Source: Antechinus flavipes (lineage: Eukaryota). From it: a DNA stretch of 64,000 nucleotides. The notes beneath the pieces were generated by a model. It saw only the letters and a program-made list of their open reading frames with translations, was not told where the DNA came from and did no database searches. How positions within the stretch are numbered: the first letter of the stretch is position 1; each line of letters begins with the position of its first letter. A program made the position numbers and the translations under genes. The DNA is taken from assembly GCF_016432865.1 (NCBI RefSeq), contig NC_067404.1, positions 85,808,001 to 85,872,000 on the forward strand, in the 5' to 3' direction. Shown here one piece after another: positions 48,660 to 60,611 of this stretch.

Positions 48660-50760
48660 GTGAAAGAAGAAAGCATTTCTTTGAAGGGGAGATGGGGTGA
48701 GAGGGCATTCTCTCAAGGTGTGAGGAATAGCCAAGGCAAAGACATGGAGATGGGAGATGGAACAAAGAAAAGGTAAATCTGCCTGGACAGCAGAGGTCAG
48801 AGTTCAGTAGACTAGAAACATAGGTGGGAGCTAAGTTGTGAAGTCAGTCAACAAATATTTATTGAGCACTTATTATGGGCCTGACACTGTGCTAAGATCT
48901 GGGATACACATAAAAGCAAAAACCCAGCCCCTGCTCTCAAAGAGCTCTCTTTCGTTTATTATGATCCCTTTTCTTATTTATTCTTTCCACCCCCCCATAG
49001 AAAAAGCTGGAAAAACAAAGCCCATTACAAACTCGTAGAGCCCAGCCAAACAAATGTCCAGATTGGCCACGTGAGAGAGGGAGAGGGGAAAGAATGAGCA
49101 ATTATTTAACTCCTACTTCCGCGGCACTGAGTGCATTCATGAGCTGGAGAAGGAAATGGCAAACCACTCCAGTAACTTTGCCGAGAAAAACCCCAGTGGA
49201 GGCACAAAAAGTCAGGCGTGGCTGAAAACAACTGAACAACTTAAGGGCCTACTATGTGCCAGTGACTGTGTTAAATTCCATGCTTTACCCATGCAATCTC
49301 ATTGTGAAACAATATGCAAACAACTTTGTACGTGGAAGACAAGATGTGGAGAGCATGTGACAGCTAAGGCAGCTGAGGAGTGGAAGTGGCCATGTGCTAA
49401 AGTTTCTTGAAGAAGAACAGATGTCATCTGAGTTTTAAAGGAGCCCAGGAAGTTTTGAACCTAGAGGTCCTAGGGAGCCCCTAGGGTTGATTAAGTAGGA
49501 GAGTACCATGGTCACATCTACAGTGAAGGAAGATCTCTTTTTCAGCTGGCTGGACCATCTTGGGAGAAACGAGACAGGAAGAGCACTGAGGAAGCTGTTT
49601 CAGTAATTTAGTGAAGAGGTGATGAGGGCCTGGGTGAGTGCAGAGAAGAGGCCAGACATGGAGGGCGTCCCGAGGGTAGAAAGAGCAAGAACTGGCCACT
49701 GATTGGCTCTGTGGAGTGAAGGAGGATGAAGAGTCCGGGATAATGTTGAGATTATGAACCTGAGACACTGGAAGGATGACTCAGGGAATTAAGGTTTGAG
49801 GGAGAATGATCGTTAACTTAGTTTTTTGCGTATTGGGTCGGAGATTACTCTGGAACACATAGTTTGAAATATTCAGTGATGTAGAGGCTGCTTATCTAGA
49901 ACTGGGAGACTTCTGCCTAGAAACGACAGTTAAACCATCGGGAGATAAGGAGGTACCAAGAGAAGATAGAATCTTGGGGGTATATTCAGTCAGTGGGATG
50001 GAGAGAAATCTGGACCCCGAGGAAGGGTCACCTAGTAGGAGGAGAACAAGAAGAGACTTAAGCATGTTTGGAGGCAGTAGAGAAATAACCGTTTGGTGGG
50101 AAAAGATTGAAGATGAGAGAAGGAAAGAGAGAAGAGAGGAGACAGAAGAGATTGAGAGACAGGGAGAGAAGAGATGATTGAGACTGGAACTTAGAAAAGT
50201 CGGGAGGAATGAGATGAAGGGCACATGCGCACAGAAGGTCCTTGTCAGACAATGAGGGAAAGGAGGAGACAGCGGGAGGTGATGCGGACTCATTCTGAGG
50301 TAAAGAGACAGGGACAAGAGGGAGCTCCCTGTTAAGGGCCTCAATTTTTTCTCAGGAAATTAGTCAAGATCCCTAGCTGACTTGTAAGAGGGAGGCTAGA
50401 GGAAGGAAGAGGAGGGGTGAAAGCCTTTCCCTGGAGAGGGAGATGGAGAATGAATTAGGGAGGATTAAGAGGACTGGAATTACCTGGCAATTAGTAATGG
50501 CCCCGGGCAGAAAACTCTAAGATTTTCTCCAGCTTTACGCGGTATTTCCTGAGCCCCAAGGCAGGAGGCCAATGGCTGGGGGACTCTTCCAAGCCTGAGG
50601 TTTTAGTGTAGAAGAGATTTGCCACCCGACGAGGATCAAAAGTAAATGACAAAGTCAAGTTGAAATGGTTAACTACAAGGCTGAGACTGGAGAGGAAGGA
50701 GAGTGAGATCAGATCCAGCTAATGGCCTCCCAAGAACAGGGAGAGGTGCAATGGGAGGGG
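48660..50760 (-). mobile_element. Ancient L2 remnants (antisense) with a MAR1 fragment at ~49135-49240
   Basis: Antisense L2 3' end gtcagtcaacaaatatttattgagcac at 48842, gaggtgatgagggcc at ~49615, and purine-rich L2 RT-region text. Confidence 0.65.
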
Positions 50761-52099
50761 ATTAGGGTCCNNNNNNNNNNNNNNNNNNNNNNNNNNNNNN
50801 NNNNNNNNNNNNNNNNNNNNNNNNNNNNNNNNNNNNNNNNNNNNNNNNNNNNNNNNNNNNNNNNNNNNNNNNNNNNNNNNNNNNNNNNNNNNNNNNNNNN
50901 NNNNNNNNNNNNNNNNNNNNNNNNNNNNNNNNNNNNNNNNNNNNNNNNNNNNNNNNNNNNNNACATTCCCTCCCTCTAGCTTTTTCCTAGCTCTCTGTGG
51001 AGCTTTTGTTGGGAAGGAGCAGATCAGGGGAGTTTAGGAGGCTGAGGAATTGGCGAATCAGAGGTAAGGTTAGGGAGAGCATCAGTGTGAATAGACTGAA
51101 GTCTTGTTGTATGAAGAAGAGGAGTATGTCAGGCTCAGGGCTGAACTCCTGGAGAAAGAAGGCGTCACAGCCTCTGGGCGAGGTACGACAAATATAAAAC
51201 TGGGTATATTTCAGAGGAGGACAGAGGGAGGCTGGAAATGGCAGAGATGGGAAACAAAAGTCATCCTGACTCCCCTTGAGGACCAGAGAGTTCTCACATC
51301 CTGACTCTGCAAATACAGCAGGTGGTATTGTTTCAAGCTGTACACCCCAGAAGCTGGAGAAAAAGGGACCCACTCATGCTGTGGGACCATGTGGTTCACA
51401 ATTATCAGAGTAAGAGTGGCACCTTGTGGTTCACTTGCTAGCTGCTACTGTGCTCTTGTAGACCCCCCCTCCCCCATACAAAAATGGCCCTCTACAATCT
51501 ACCTGAAGAGTTCTTCAGTCTCTGCTTGAGGGAAGCCCATTGATCCTCAAGGGCAGCCCATCCCATGCTGGGACAAGTTTGTGCTGACTTCCAAAGAGAG
51601 CAAAGAAAGGAGTCACATATGCAGAAATCTTCGGAGTAGCTCTTTTTGTGGCCCCAAAGAACCGGAAACCAGGGGCTGCCCATCGTTTGGGGAATAGATG
51701 GACAGATGGGGCTATAAGAATGTAATATGGTATATGACTGTATTGGGCTAGGTAAAAAACGACCAAAGGGATCGTTTCAGGGGAACCTCAAGTGTCACTG
51801 ACTTCAGATTCAGCACTCTATCCACCTTGCTTCCTTATTGTTCAGAAATGATAAGACTGAAGTGAGCAGAACCAGGAAAACAATCGATACAACTGTAACA
51901 GAAAGATCTGAGAACTCATGAATGCCCTGGCCAATCACAATTCCAGAGCATCTATGATGAAACAGCATCCCCATCTTCTAACAGAGAGGTAAGGGATGAG
52001 ACACCCATTTTTGAGTATGACCATTGGCTTTCCTCCCTCCCTCCTTCCCTCCCTCCCTTCCCTTTTTTTTTCCTTTTTTTTTTTTTTTTTTTTTTTTTT

Positions 52100-52233
52100 G
52101 CTGAGGCAATTGGGTTGTGACTTGTCCAGGATCACATTGCTAGGAAGTGTTAAGTTGTCTGAAGTCAAATTTGAACTCAGGTCCTCCTGACTTCAGGACT
52201 GGTGCTCTATCCACTGCGCCACCTAGCTGCCCC
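52100..52233 (-). mobile_element. WSINE1 SINE with long poly-A
   Basis: Reverse complement of WSINE1 (gctgaggcaattggg...cactgcgccacctagctgcccc) preceded by a long T run. Confidence 0.93.
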
Positions 52234-52869
52234 TGCCTTTCATTTTCTATGAAATTTGGATCCGTTGATTTTAGGCTGGATCGAAGGAGATAAAGCTCAG
52301 TGATTTTTCTAGTTTTCTTGTTGGTTGCTTTCCGGAACAGACCCCTCTGAGCAGTGTGTTAGCTTGCCAGCAGTGATTTTATTCCTGATGAATAAAAGCA
52401 ACCCATGTCATCAGGTATTTGAACACTTCATTGCCTATGTGCAAGATACTGTGCTAGGAACAGAAAGATTCAAAGTGTTGGCTCCCTAGTTTCAAGGTGC
52501 TTACAATCTACTGGGAGGCTACAAGAAGTCAACAAGGAAACAGAGGGGGGAAGCGAAAAGGAGAAACCCAAAGTGAATTAGGAACATTTGAGAAGAAAAT
52601 TAGAGAGAAGACTCCTAGCTGAGGGGATCGGGGCAGAGGAAGCTACTAAGTCTGAAGGTGGAGATGAGAAAGGGGTACGTGGCACCACAACCACTACGGC
52701 CATCACTACCACAGCTGACATTAACCAAGCATTTTCCAGTTTTCTGGCACTTAGAATTTCGGTTACTCTTCACAGCAAAACTATGATAGGATTTTCTGGT
52801 CCTTTTAAATCTAGGACTAGATCCTGTTACCTCTAATCTTTCAGCCCTTTCTTTCTTACACCACTTTCT

Positions 52870-53650
52870 CTGCTCTGATTTGATTTGTCACTCTGCCCAA
52901 TCTCCACCCCATAGTTAACTGATCCAACTTCACCCTTTCTCCTGGGATCAGTTGCTTCCTGGGCCTACTAGCCCGTGTTCAGCCCCTTGACAAATCCCAA
53001 CCCTGAACTACTCCCCCGGTCTGCCATTTCAGCCCCTGCTCCCTCATCTGGTGCTGAATACAGCTGGAGGGAGTCACAGACCTTGTTGACTGGGGACATC
53101 AAATTTGTGATGTCCAAATTCAACGAGGTCCTTAACCGCAGCAAAGCAAACTCTTATTCCTCCCTAATTACTGGCCTCGCTCATTCCTCACAGAAACCAT
53201 TCCAGGAGAGGAAGCCCTCCCTGCTTCCTTCTCACAGTTGAGGCCCTCACCTTTTACTTTACTAAGGAAAAGGAGATTCCCTCTCCTCCCTTCCCTTCCC
53301 TTCAAAGCCCCACAGACTTTCCCCTCCAAGTTTCTGGAAATGAGATGCCCCTTTTCCACGAGAAGACCAACTCTGACAGGTGCCTCCTTGATCCCATCCC
53401 TCTTAATTGATTTTGCTTGCTTTATTTGAATGTCATGCATGCTTATATATGCACTCAAGGGCAAAGACTCGCTGTGGACTTTCTCTGGATCCACAGTGCC
53501 TGGTACACTATCTGGAACTGCTTCATAAATACTTCCTTGACTTGGCTTGTTTCTGCCATCAAAACATATACTCCCCGAGGACAGGCGATGTTTGCTGCTT
53601 CTGGCACATTGCCCCACATAGAGCAGGTGCTTAACTCATGCTTGTTGATC
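52870..53650 (+). mobile_element. Ancient L2 remnant
   Basis: Pyrimidine-rich L2 RT text ending in the L2 3' terminus gcaggtgcttaactcatgcttgttga. Confidence 0.6.
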
Positions 53651-53899
53651 CAGTGCTATTCTGTCCATTTTATAGATGAGTAAACTGAAGCCTAGAGAGG
53701 TCAAGTCCATGGTCACATAGGAAGTAGTCAAACTGACCTCTCTCAAAATCTAGCCTTTTCCCTATGACCTTGTCCCTATGACAAATGCACAGGTGGGAGA
53801 AGAGAGGATAGAACTGATACCAGGGGCAATCCCACGAGACCTGAATGGAAAAGGATGGAATAAAGTCATCTGTGCAGATGGGCACTGGGCTTAGAATCA

Positions 53900-54070
53900 G
53901 GAAGATTCCTCTTTCCGGGTTCAAAATCCTCCCTAGCCATATGACCCCGGGCAAGCCATTTCACCCTGTTTACCTCGGTTCTTCGTCTGTAGAATGAACT
54001 GGAGAAAGGAATGGCCAGCCACTTCAGGGTCTCTGCCAGAATGGGCTCATAGCAACCTGAAACAACTGAT
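53900..54070 (+). mobile_element. MAR1-type SINE
   Basis: atgaccccgggcaagccatttcac core and ctggagaaaggaatggccagccact...ctgaaacaactga tail. Confidence 0.75.
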
Positions 54071-56972
54071 GAAAGCCCTTTTTTCGACTGCAGAAAAAGT
54101 GCCTTATGTTTCCTCTCCAAGAGTTGCTGGCCTATTGTCTCAGGTTACTTTTATGGCCACCCTCCCCACACCAGGAGTTCCTGTCTTTAAGCCCTGAAGA
54201 CCAAAAGAGAACGCTTTCCTGGTGGTCCCCCTGACCCAGGGTGATCTGGAAGGTCCTCCTGGCCTGCTGTGTCCCTCTTGCATTGGGGAATCGCTTGTTG
54301 GTTGGCTTTATAAGGATGCCCGATACCATGGTCTGTCCCCTCCTCTTTCCACAGCTGTGAACTGCCCTAGGTGCCAGTTTGAGCTAGCCTGGAGACTAGA
54401 AGCAAATGCAGGGGATTCAGCCGAGGGACAGCTCCTTTTCATCTCACGTGCAACTGAGGCCCTCTAGTGATCAAAGCCTGTACGTCAGGTTCTTGCTGTT
54501 TACTTCAAAAGGTAACCAGTATTTCTTTTGCTCTTTTCTTGTGAAGATAATCGATCTATATTTTATATATTTTATAAAACATCTATTTTTTTTTACCAGT
54601 TGACTCTGCATGAAATTGCTACGATCATTGTCTAGGCCATTTCTTCCCCACACATCTCATTTTTCACTTGGAAGAATTGATTTTAATAAGTGATGTTGCA
54701 GTGATTTTGATTTCATGAAATCAAGTTTTCTTATTGCTATTGTTCTTCATGGAAATCGAAGGCCTAAGATTGTCCGGAGCCTCGCCACTTATTTTGACCA
54801 AATACTCCTATAAAGTCTCCTCTTTCATCTTGGACCTGGTGAGTAAAAAGGTCCTTCCAAAGCCCCCGCCCAGGGACTGACAAGTTTGGCTTCTAACCCC
54901 ATTAGACCAACCCGGTAAATACAGAGGTACATACCAGCAGACTAGCTACTTGAGAATGAATTCTTTGGCTAGGGTGGTCCAGGTAACAAAGACAAACTGC
55001 CTTTGGACCTAGGTGGGCCTGCAGGATGGAGCAGAGGGCCGGAAGAAGGAGCAGGCTATTATCAAAATCTGGAAAATAGGCCTTGGCTGTTGGTACTCTT
55101 TGTCCAATGACAAATGAGTAGCTATGGCACCTGGACTGCTATTTATCTTGACATTTTCCCTGAAAATGGTGCATGAGCTAAAGGCCATTGCGGTTAAGTG
55201 GAAGGATGCCTCCTTTGCGGCCTAGTGGAAGGATTCCTCGGCGATGCTTTTTGGAGAAGGTAGGAGTTAGCAGGTTCTAATCGACCAACCCATATGTGCC
55301 TACACATCAGGCAAAAATGAAACAGGAGCTGCCTCTGAGGAGAGTGTCTTATATTCCAGAAGGCACATCTGCTACATGTGAGCGTGTACAAAATAGGTTC
55401 CAGGGTTTTGGGGGGTGGTAGTGCCAGTGCGGGGAAGCACTAGCTATCGGAGGACCGAGAAAGGCCTCCAATGGGAGTGACTTCTTGAGCTGAGGCTCAG
55501 AGGGTTAGGGTCATAAGGGGAGGCAATCCAGGTATAGAGGTGCAAAGGCTTCTCTTCTAGAGGATATGGAATCTCGGATGGGAAGAAGGATAAGACATTT
55601 GGTTGGAAGGAAGCCTGCATGGAGGTGGGTTGTATGTATTTAGTCTGGAAAGGCAGGACTGGAGCAAGCTGGGGAGGGTTTTACAAGTCAAACAGAGGAG
55701 TCCTGGAGGGGATAGGGAGCCAATGGAGTTTCCTGAGTGACTCCAAGTGGAAGATGTCCTGGAGAGGGGAGCAGTGAGGTAGGAGGCTAATCCAGTATCT
55801 TCTCCAGGCTTGATCTTGGGGCGCTCAGCTCCCTCCGGTTCCTTTATCATTTCTCTGGAGGTGGCTCTTAGATCTCCACGTTCAGCCATAGTCTCTCCAT
55901 TGAGCCCCTGTCCCATATCACCAACTGCTTTGTTTAGTCTTGAATGTCAAACCACACATGTGGCAGTGGGTTGGACTTCAGTGCTCAGATGAGAAGCTGC
56001 TGCTTCCTCATGGGAGGAATGGGTCCAGTCAGCGCTCCGAGTCCAGAGCTGAAGCTTGAGATCTTTGAGGGAGGGAGGCCGACCGCATCTGAGAAGACCA
56101 CACTCCCAGTTGTGGGACCCCAGCGCAGTTCTGGGTCTCGTGGGCCTAGAGCCCAGGTAGATGATGTTTCAGGTAATATTTGACAGGCTTATTTCTTCCA
56201 ACTTCCACTTTGCTCCCGTCACTGGCGGCCCTCTGCCCTCAAAGCTGTGTGGAATTCAGGGCTATTTTTGTGGGGCCCCTCAGATACGGATTCTCCGTCC
56301 CCTCTGGCGCTAGAGTCCAAAGAAGCCGGCTCCCGAGGGCTATGGTCCCATTCTTAGTGCTTTGTAACAGATTCTTGCCTTGATCATATCTATGGGGGTG
56401 GCTACAAGCCAACCCCCCTTTGAGCCACCCTATTATCAGATGACTAAAAGACAAAGATAATTTTGGGGTGACTTTTATATCCGAGTCATTTTACTGCCTC
56501 TTCCCCCCACTCGCCAGAGCTCTCCCTAAGACAAAGCAAACAGAATGCAAACATTTGTAGCGCCTCCCCTTAAGTGGGGAGGTCGGCCCCCCAAGAGCAG
56601 CCGGCCACTCTCCTCAGAAGGACTCCAGAGCACACCAGGATCCCCTGGGTTTCCTGCATAAGCTGGCCACCACAGCAGGATTCCCTTCAAGATCTTGTGT
56701 TTTGCTCTCCTAGCACCTTGGCTAATTCGCCTCCCAGGCCCCCCAGCCAAGCTCTGCTCAGCCCAAGGCCCTCCTCCCAGTCCTGCCCCTTCCAACGCTG
56801 AAGACTATGCCTGCCATTATTTGGCCGCTAAGCAGACACGGCTAGGGGAGCACAAAGTCTCCATCTTAGAATTGGACGGGGTGGAAGGAGGGGGAGGAGG
56901 AGGCAGCTGGGGAGGGGTGTTTGGACACGGTCTCTCTATTTCTGAGCTATCTGCGATGGAGTAGGCTGAGAA

Positions 56973-56984
56973 CCATTGTAAACA
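56973..56984 (+). promoter_or_regulatory. Overlapping SOX (CCATTGT) and forkhead (GTAAACA) motifs
   Basis: ccattgtaaaca seen directly; functional status unknown. Confidence 0.35.
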
Positions 56985-57085
56985 GAGAAGGCATTTTTTA
57001 GCACTCTCTAGCCCTCCCCCTTCTCCCTCCTCCCGGCACCGAGGACTAGAGCTAGAACATCCTTTAATAGAGGATGAGAGGGACG

Positions 57086-57099
57086 GTAGCCATGGCAAC
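57086..57099. promoter_or_regulatory. RFX X-box palindrome GTAGCCATGGCAAC
   Basis: One mismatch from the perfect palindromic X-box GTTGCCATGGCAAC, upstream of a CpG island. Confidence 0.6.
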
Positions 57100-57449
57100 A
57101 ACGGCTCACCTTCCCCAATCTCCTCTTATGGGGATGGGGGATGGGGATGAAGGGGGAAGTGAGAATTAGCCCGGATGCAGCAGTAGAAACGTAGGCAACA
57201 GGGAGGGAGCAGCCTTCAGCTCCTCCCTTCTCTCTTCCTTTTTGTCATCACTGCCTTGGGATAGAAAATGGTGGAGCAGGCAAAGCCCAGCAGCTGGAAA
57301 TCGAGTGAAAATCAGTGAAGAGGGCTTTTGTCCTGCTCCAGGCTTTTGGTGACTCAGGAAAGAGGAGCTTGGGAGGGCGAATAATAGCCACAGGCCTCTT
57401 TCCTCCATCTCCTCCCCTTCTTTCCTGTGAACCACTGACTGAGGTTGAA

Positions 57450-58870
57450 CATATAGAAAGGCAGTGTGGAGAAAAGAGGGGGCTGGGAGGTTTTCAATAT
57501 GAGGGGGGCACCTAGCCCTGAAGCTCCTTGGGCTTGCTGATGGTGCACATAGAGGTCTGACTGGGCCCTCAAGGAAGGGCCACAGGGACCGCCTCCTCCC
57601 TTTCCTCTCATGGGCTAATGCCCATGGATGGAACAACTTAAAAAAAAGTGGAAGGGGGAAGAGAAGGCCAGACAGAGACACCTGGGGAAGGTCCAGGCGC
57701 TCCTCCCTTCCGCTGCCAATGGCGCCTGGGAGGAGGAGTCTGTGGGGTGAGTGGCGGAGGAGGGTGGTCTTTGGCTCTGGGCCCCCTTCAGGCCTCCCCT
57801 TCCCCTGTGCTGCTGCAGACGGTGAGAGGAAGGAGCGATCAGTGAACCACGAATGGTGTGGGCATGGATGGGGGTTATTAGCTTTGTGCCAGGGGCTGGC
57901 TGCGGGATGGGGGGGGTGGGGAAGAGAAGGACAATGGCCACCGGTGTCCTCCCTCTCCCTCCCTTCTTCCTCGCCCTGCTAACGGCAAAGCGTAAAGAGC
58001 AAGGCAGACACAGAAGGTGGGACGCGGGAGTGGCTGAGCTCGGAGGGTTTCGCATCCTGCTCTTTCCGGGGAGCCGAAGGGAGGAGTCTCCCCGGCCCGG
58101 TAAAGAAGACTTAAAAAGGGGCTCCATCTTTCCAACCAAAGAACAAAGATGGAAGATGCTAGAAAAGGAGGAAGGCTGGGGAGAGCGGATTGGGGGGGGC
58201 TTGCGTAGGAGGGGGTGCGCTCCCTCCTCATTGGCCTAGCCAGTGGCGCAGAGGGAGGAGTCTCATTGGACAGGCTCTTCGGGGCTGCCTCCTCCCTCTT
58301 CCCAACCCTTCCCTCTTGTGAGCCCAATGGCTGAGTCTGGAACATCCTAGAAAAGGAGGAAGGCTGGGAGAAAAGATGGGGGGGCCGAGGGACTGGGGGG
58401 AAGAAGGGGGACGGCGATGTCCCCGCGCTTTCCCCCTTTCTGCTGCGGATGGTGCTCAGTGGGGAGGAATCTGTATGGGGGTGGTCGCTTTGCCCTCCAT
58501 CCCTCCCATGCCGCCCCTTCCCCTGTGCTGCTGCAGATCCCGGGACTGGGGACCCCCCCCCCGCCCCGGGGCATGCCGGGACCCAGATGGTCACTTTCTC
58601 TGTCGGGCACCGGTTGCGGTTGCGGGAGAAGGGCGGTGGCGTTAGGGCTTCCTCTCCTGCTCCTCCTCTCCCTTTGCCCGTGTGGACAGTACGAAGGGGC
58701 AAAAGACCGAAGCCGGGGTTTGGGGTGGGGGGCAGCGGGGCTCAGATGTTTTCCTGCCCTTCTCTTGCAGAGGGGATCCCTGCTCTATCCTCAGGAGCCA
58801 CAGGCCGAGGGTGGAATATGTTGAAAAAGGAGCTAAGCTGGGAGAGAGGAAGGAATAGGGAGGGGGCCGA
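57450..58870. repeat. Degenerate ~190-bp-period repeat at the upstream side of the CpG island
   Basis: Exact 22-mer ctagaaaaggaggaaggctggg at 58159 and 58347; exact 24-mer ccccttcccctgtgctgctgcaga at 57796 and 58514; ggaggagtct recurring at ~57731, ~58080, ~58254 (ggaggaatct at 58463). Confidence 0.7.
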
Positions 58871-60150
58871 GATTTTTCTCCCCCCTCTTACCCTTTCCCC
58901 TGTTCCCCGCCCCCCCCTCCCCCTATTCCGTTCGGCTCCTGCTGGTGCTGAGGAGAGAGGAACGTGGGAAGGGCTGGGATGGCGGCGTGGCTCCCCCTTT
59001 CCCCCGACTGCCGCAGGCAGGAGGAGGGGGGTTAACGGGCCGGGCCAGCCCGGAGCCCCCTTTCTCCGGCCGGTCGCTGTTGCTCCCCGAGGGAGGCGCG
59101 GGGCCGCGGGCTGCCCAAAGGGCTCGGAATCGGGGGCCTGAGCTTGCTTCCCGCTCGCCGGTTGGGTGGCCCTGGGTCAGCCTCTGCAGACTAGGGGACC
59201 TTCCCGCCAGGGCCGTGAGGAGGTTCCAGTGGGCAGCACTCCCAGGATGCCCAGACCCGGCGCCCGCGCCCCCCTCCCAGCCCCCACTAGCCTAGGGTCC
59301 GTACCCTGCTAGAGCGGGGGGGGGGGGAGGGAAAGGGGGGAAGGGGAGTAAGCGTGGGGCGCGCAGGCCTATGGGGCCCGGCAGCCAGGCCTTTCCCGTC
59401 CTGCCTCGCCGCTGAGGCCAGTGAGCTCAGGCCCAGCTCCGTTGGGGGAGGGGCCCATCCCACGACCCCCCTTCGTTCTGGGGCCCAGGCTGAGCCGCGG
59501 AGCTGCTTGGGAGGACGGGCCCCGGGCCCCCGGAGCTTCTGAGTCTTTGTGAGGGGGAGGACCCCGCGGCTCAGGCCGAGAAGGGGGGGGGGGGGACGCT
59601 GGTGGAGGGCGGAGTCAGCAGGTCGGAGCCGGACTGGGCCCGCAGCCTGGCGAGGAGCTTTCTCGCCTGCCTCTCCTCGTTCCCTCCCGCCATGGTCCTC
59701 ACGGGCTGGGGCTCCCATCTGCCAGTCTGCAAGGGAGAGCCGGGGGCGGGGGCCGTGGCTGCCGGGGTGCTCTTTGTCCCCCTTGGGACTGGGGGGGCGC
59801 TGGGGTGTGAGGGCAGAAGACTAGGGAGTGGCCGGGGAGGGCCCTTTGTCCCGGGCCCTAATCCCTCCTCTCCCTCCCCTTCCCCTGTGCTGCCCGGGGC
59901 AGAGAGGAGGCGGCAGCGCAGGCCACTGCCCAGCCCCCTTAAATGCGCTCTGGGGCCCCCTCTGAGAGTCTGCTTCTGGAGGCCAGGGTCTCTCCCTCTC
60001 TGACCTTTGGGGCTGCCCCTCAGCCCGCTGCCCAGCGCCTTGCCCGGGAAGAGGCCTTGAGGAGTGCTGGCCAGTGGATTGGATTGGATCTGGGATGTCC
60101 CGGCTGGCTTTCTGGAGGTCCTTCGTGCGGGCCTTGGTCTCGGCAGGATG
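57600..60150 (+). promoter_or_regulatory. CpG island / promoter region of an unidentified, probably plus-strand gene
   Basis: GC- and CpG-rich, CCAAT/ATTGG boxes (57716, 58209, 58324), G-runs, TATA-like TTAAAT at 59939, and downstream plus-strand donors at 60611/60612 and 63299/63300. Confidence 0.7.
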
Positions 60151-60611
60151 GACACCACGAGAACGTCAAGAATGGAGTCTAGTTTTTATTCTGGCCCAGC
60201 CTTAATCTTAGTGCAGGAGGCAGGAGAGCCCCGAGAGGCAGCTCAACGAGAGAATGTCCGTCGTCCAGTCCTTGTTGGCCCTTCTGTACCTTATTGTAGT
60301 TCTATCTTTACAGCGCACTGAATATGCGGGAACTAGAGAAGCATCCTCTCATCAGTTCCACTGAGTTAACACCTTGTTTCAAGTAGACTTCTCCAGAGTT
60401 GCCGCCCTCTACATGATCCATGGCACTCCAGACCCGCTGGGTTATTCGAGGAGCCTGGAGGCTTCCTGCTCCCGGCCACCTTTGGGGTGCCGGCGGCTGT
60501 CTAAGGAGGGCCACACTTTGAAGGGAAATCTCCATGACTGAGCGGCACTGGATCGCTTGCTCAGGTCAGCAGATCGGCCTCTCCAGTTCTTTTTGCCCAT
60601 GTCCTTGAGGT
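59970..60611 (+). other. Candidate long 5'UTR exon with several upstream ORFs
   Basis: Non-repetitive sequence between a TATA-like element and the donor GGT|GTAAGT (60612-60617); it contains several short ATG-initiated ORFs. The start is inferred. Confidence 0.4.

Noticed and set aside
48231-48734. 167-aa minus-strand ORF
   Set aside because: No recognisable homology or splice context; it overlaps L2-derived sequence at one end and is probably a chance ORF.
57166-60158. ORFs of 130-274 aa in the right CpG island, including ccgccATGG at ~59691
   Set aside because: Overlapping on both strands, low-complexity Gly/Pro/Arg-rich, and no recognisable domain.
60535-60568. Short hairpin tgactgagc...gctcaggtca
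   Set aside because: The stem is too short and imperfect to call a structured RNA without covariation data.
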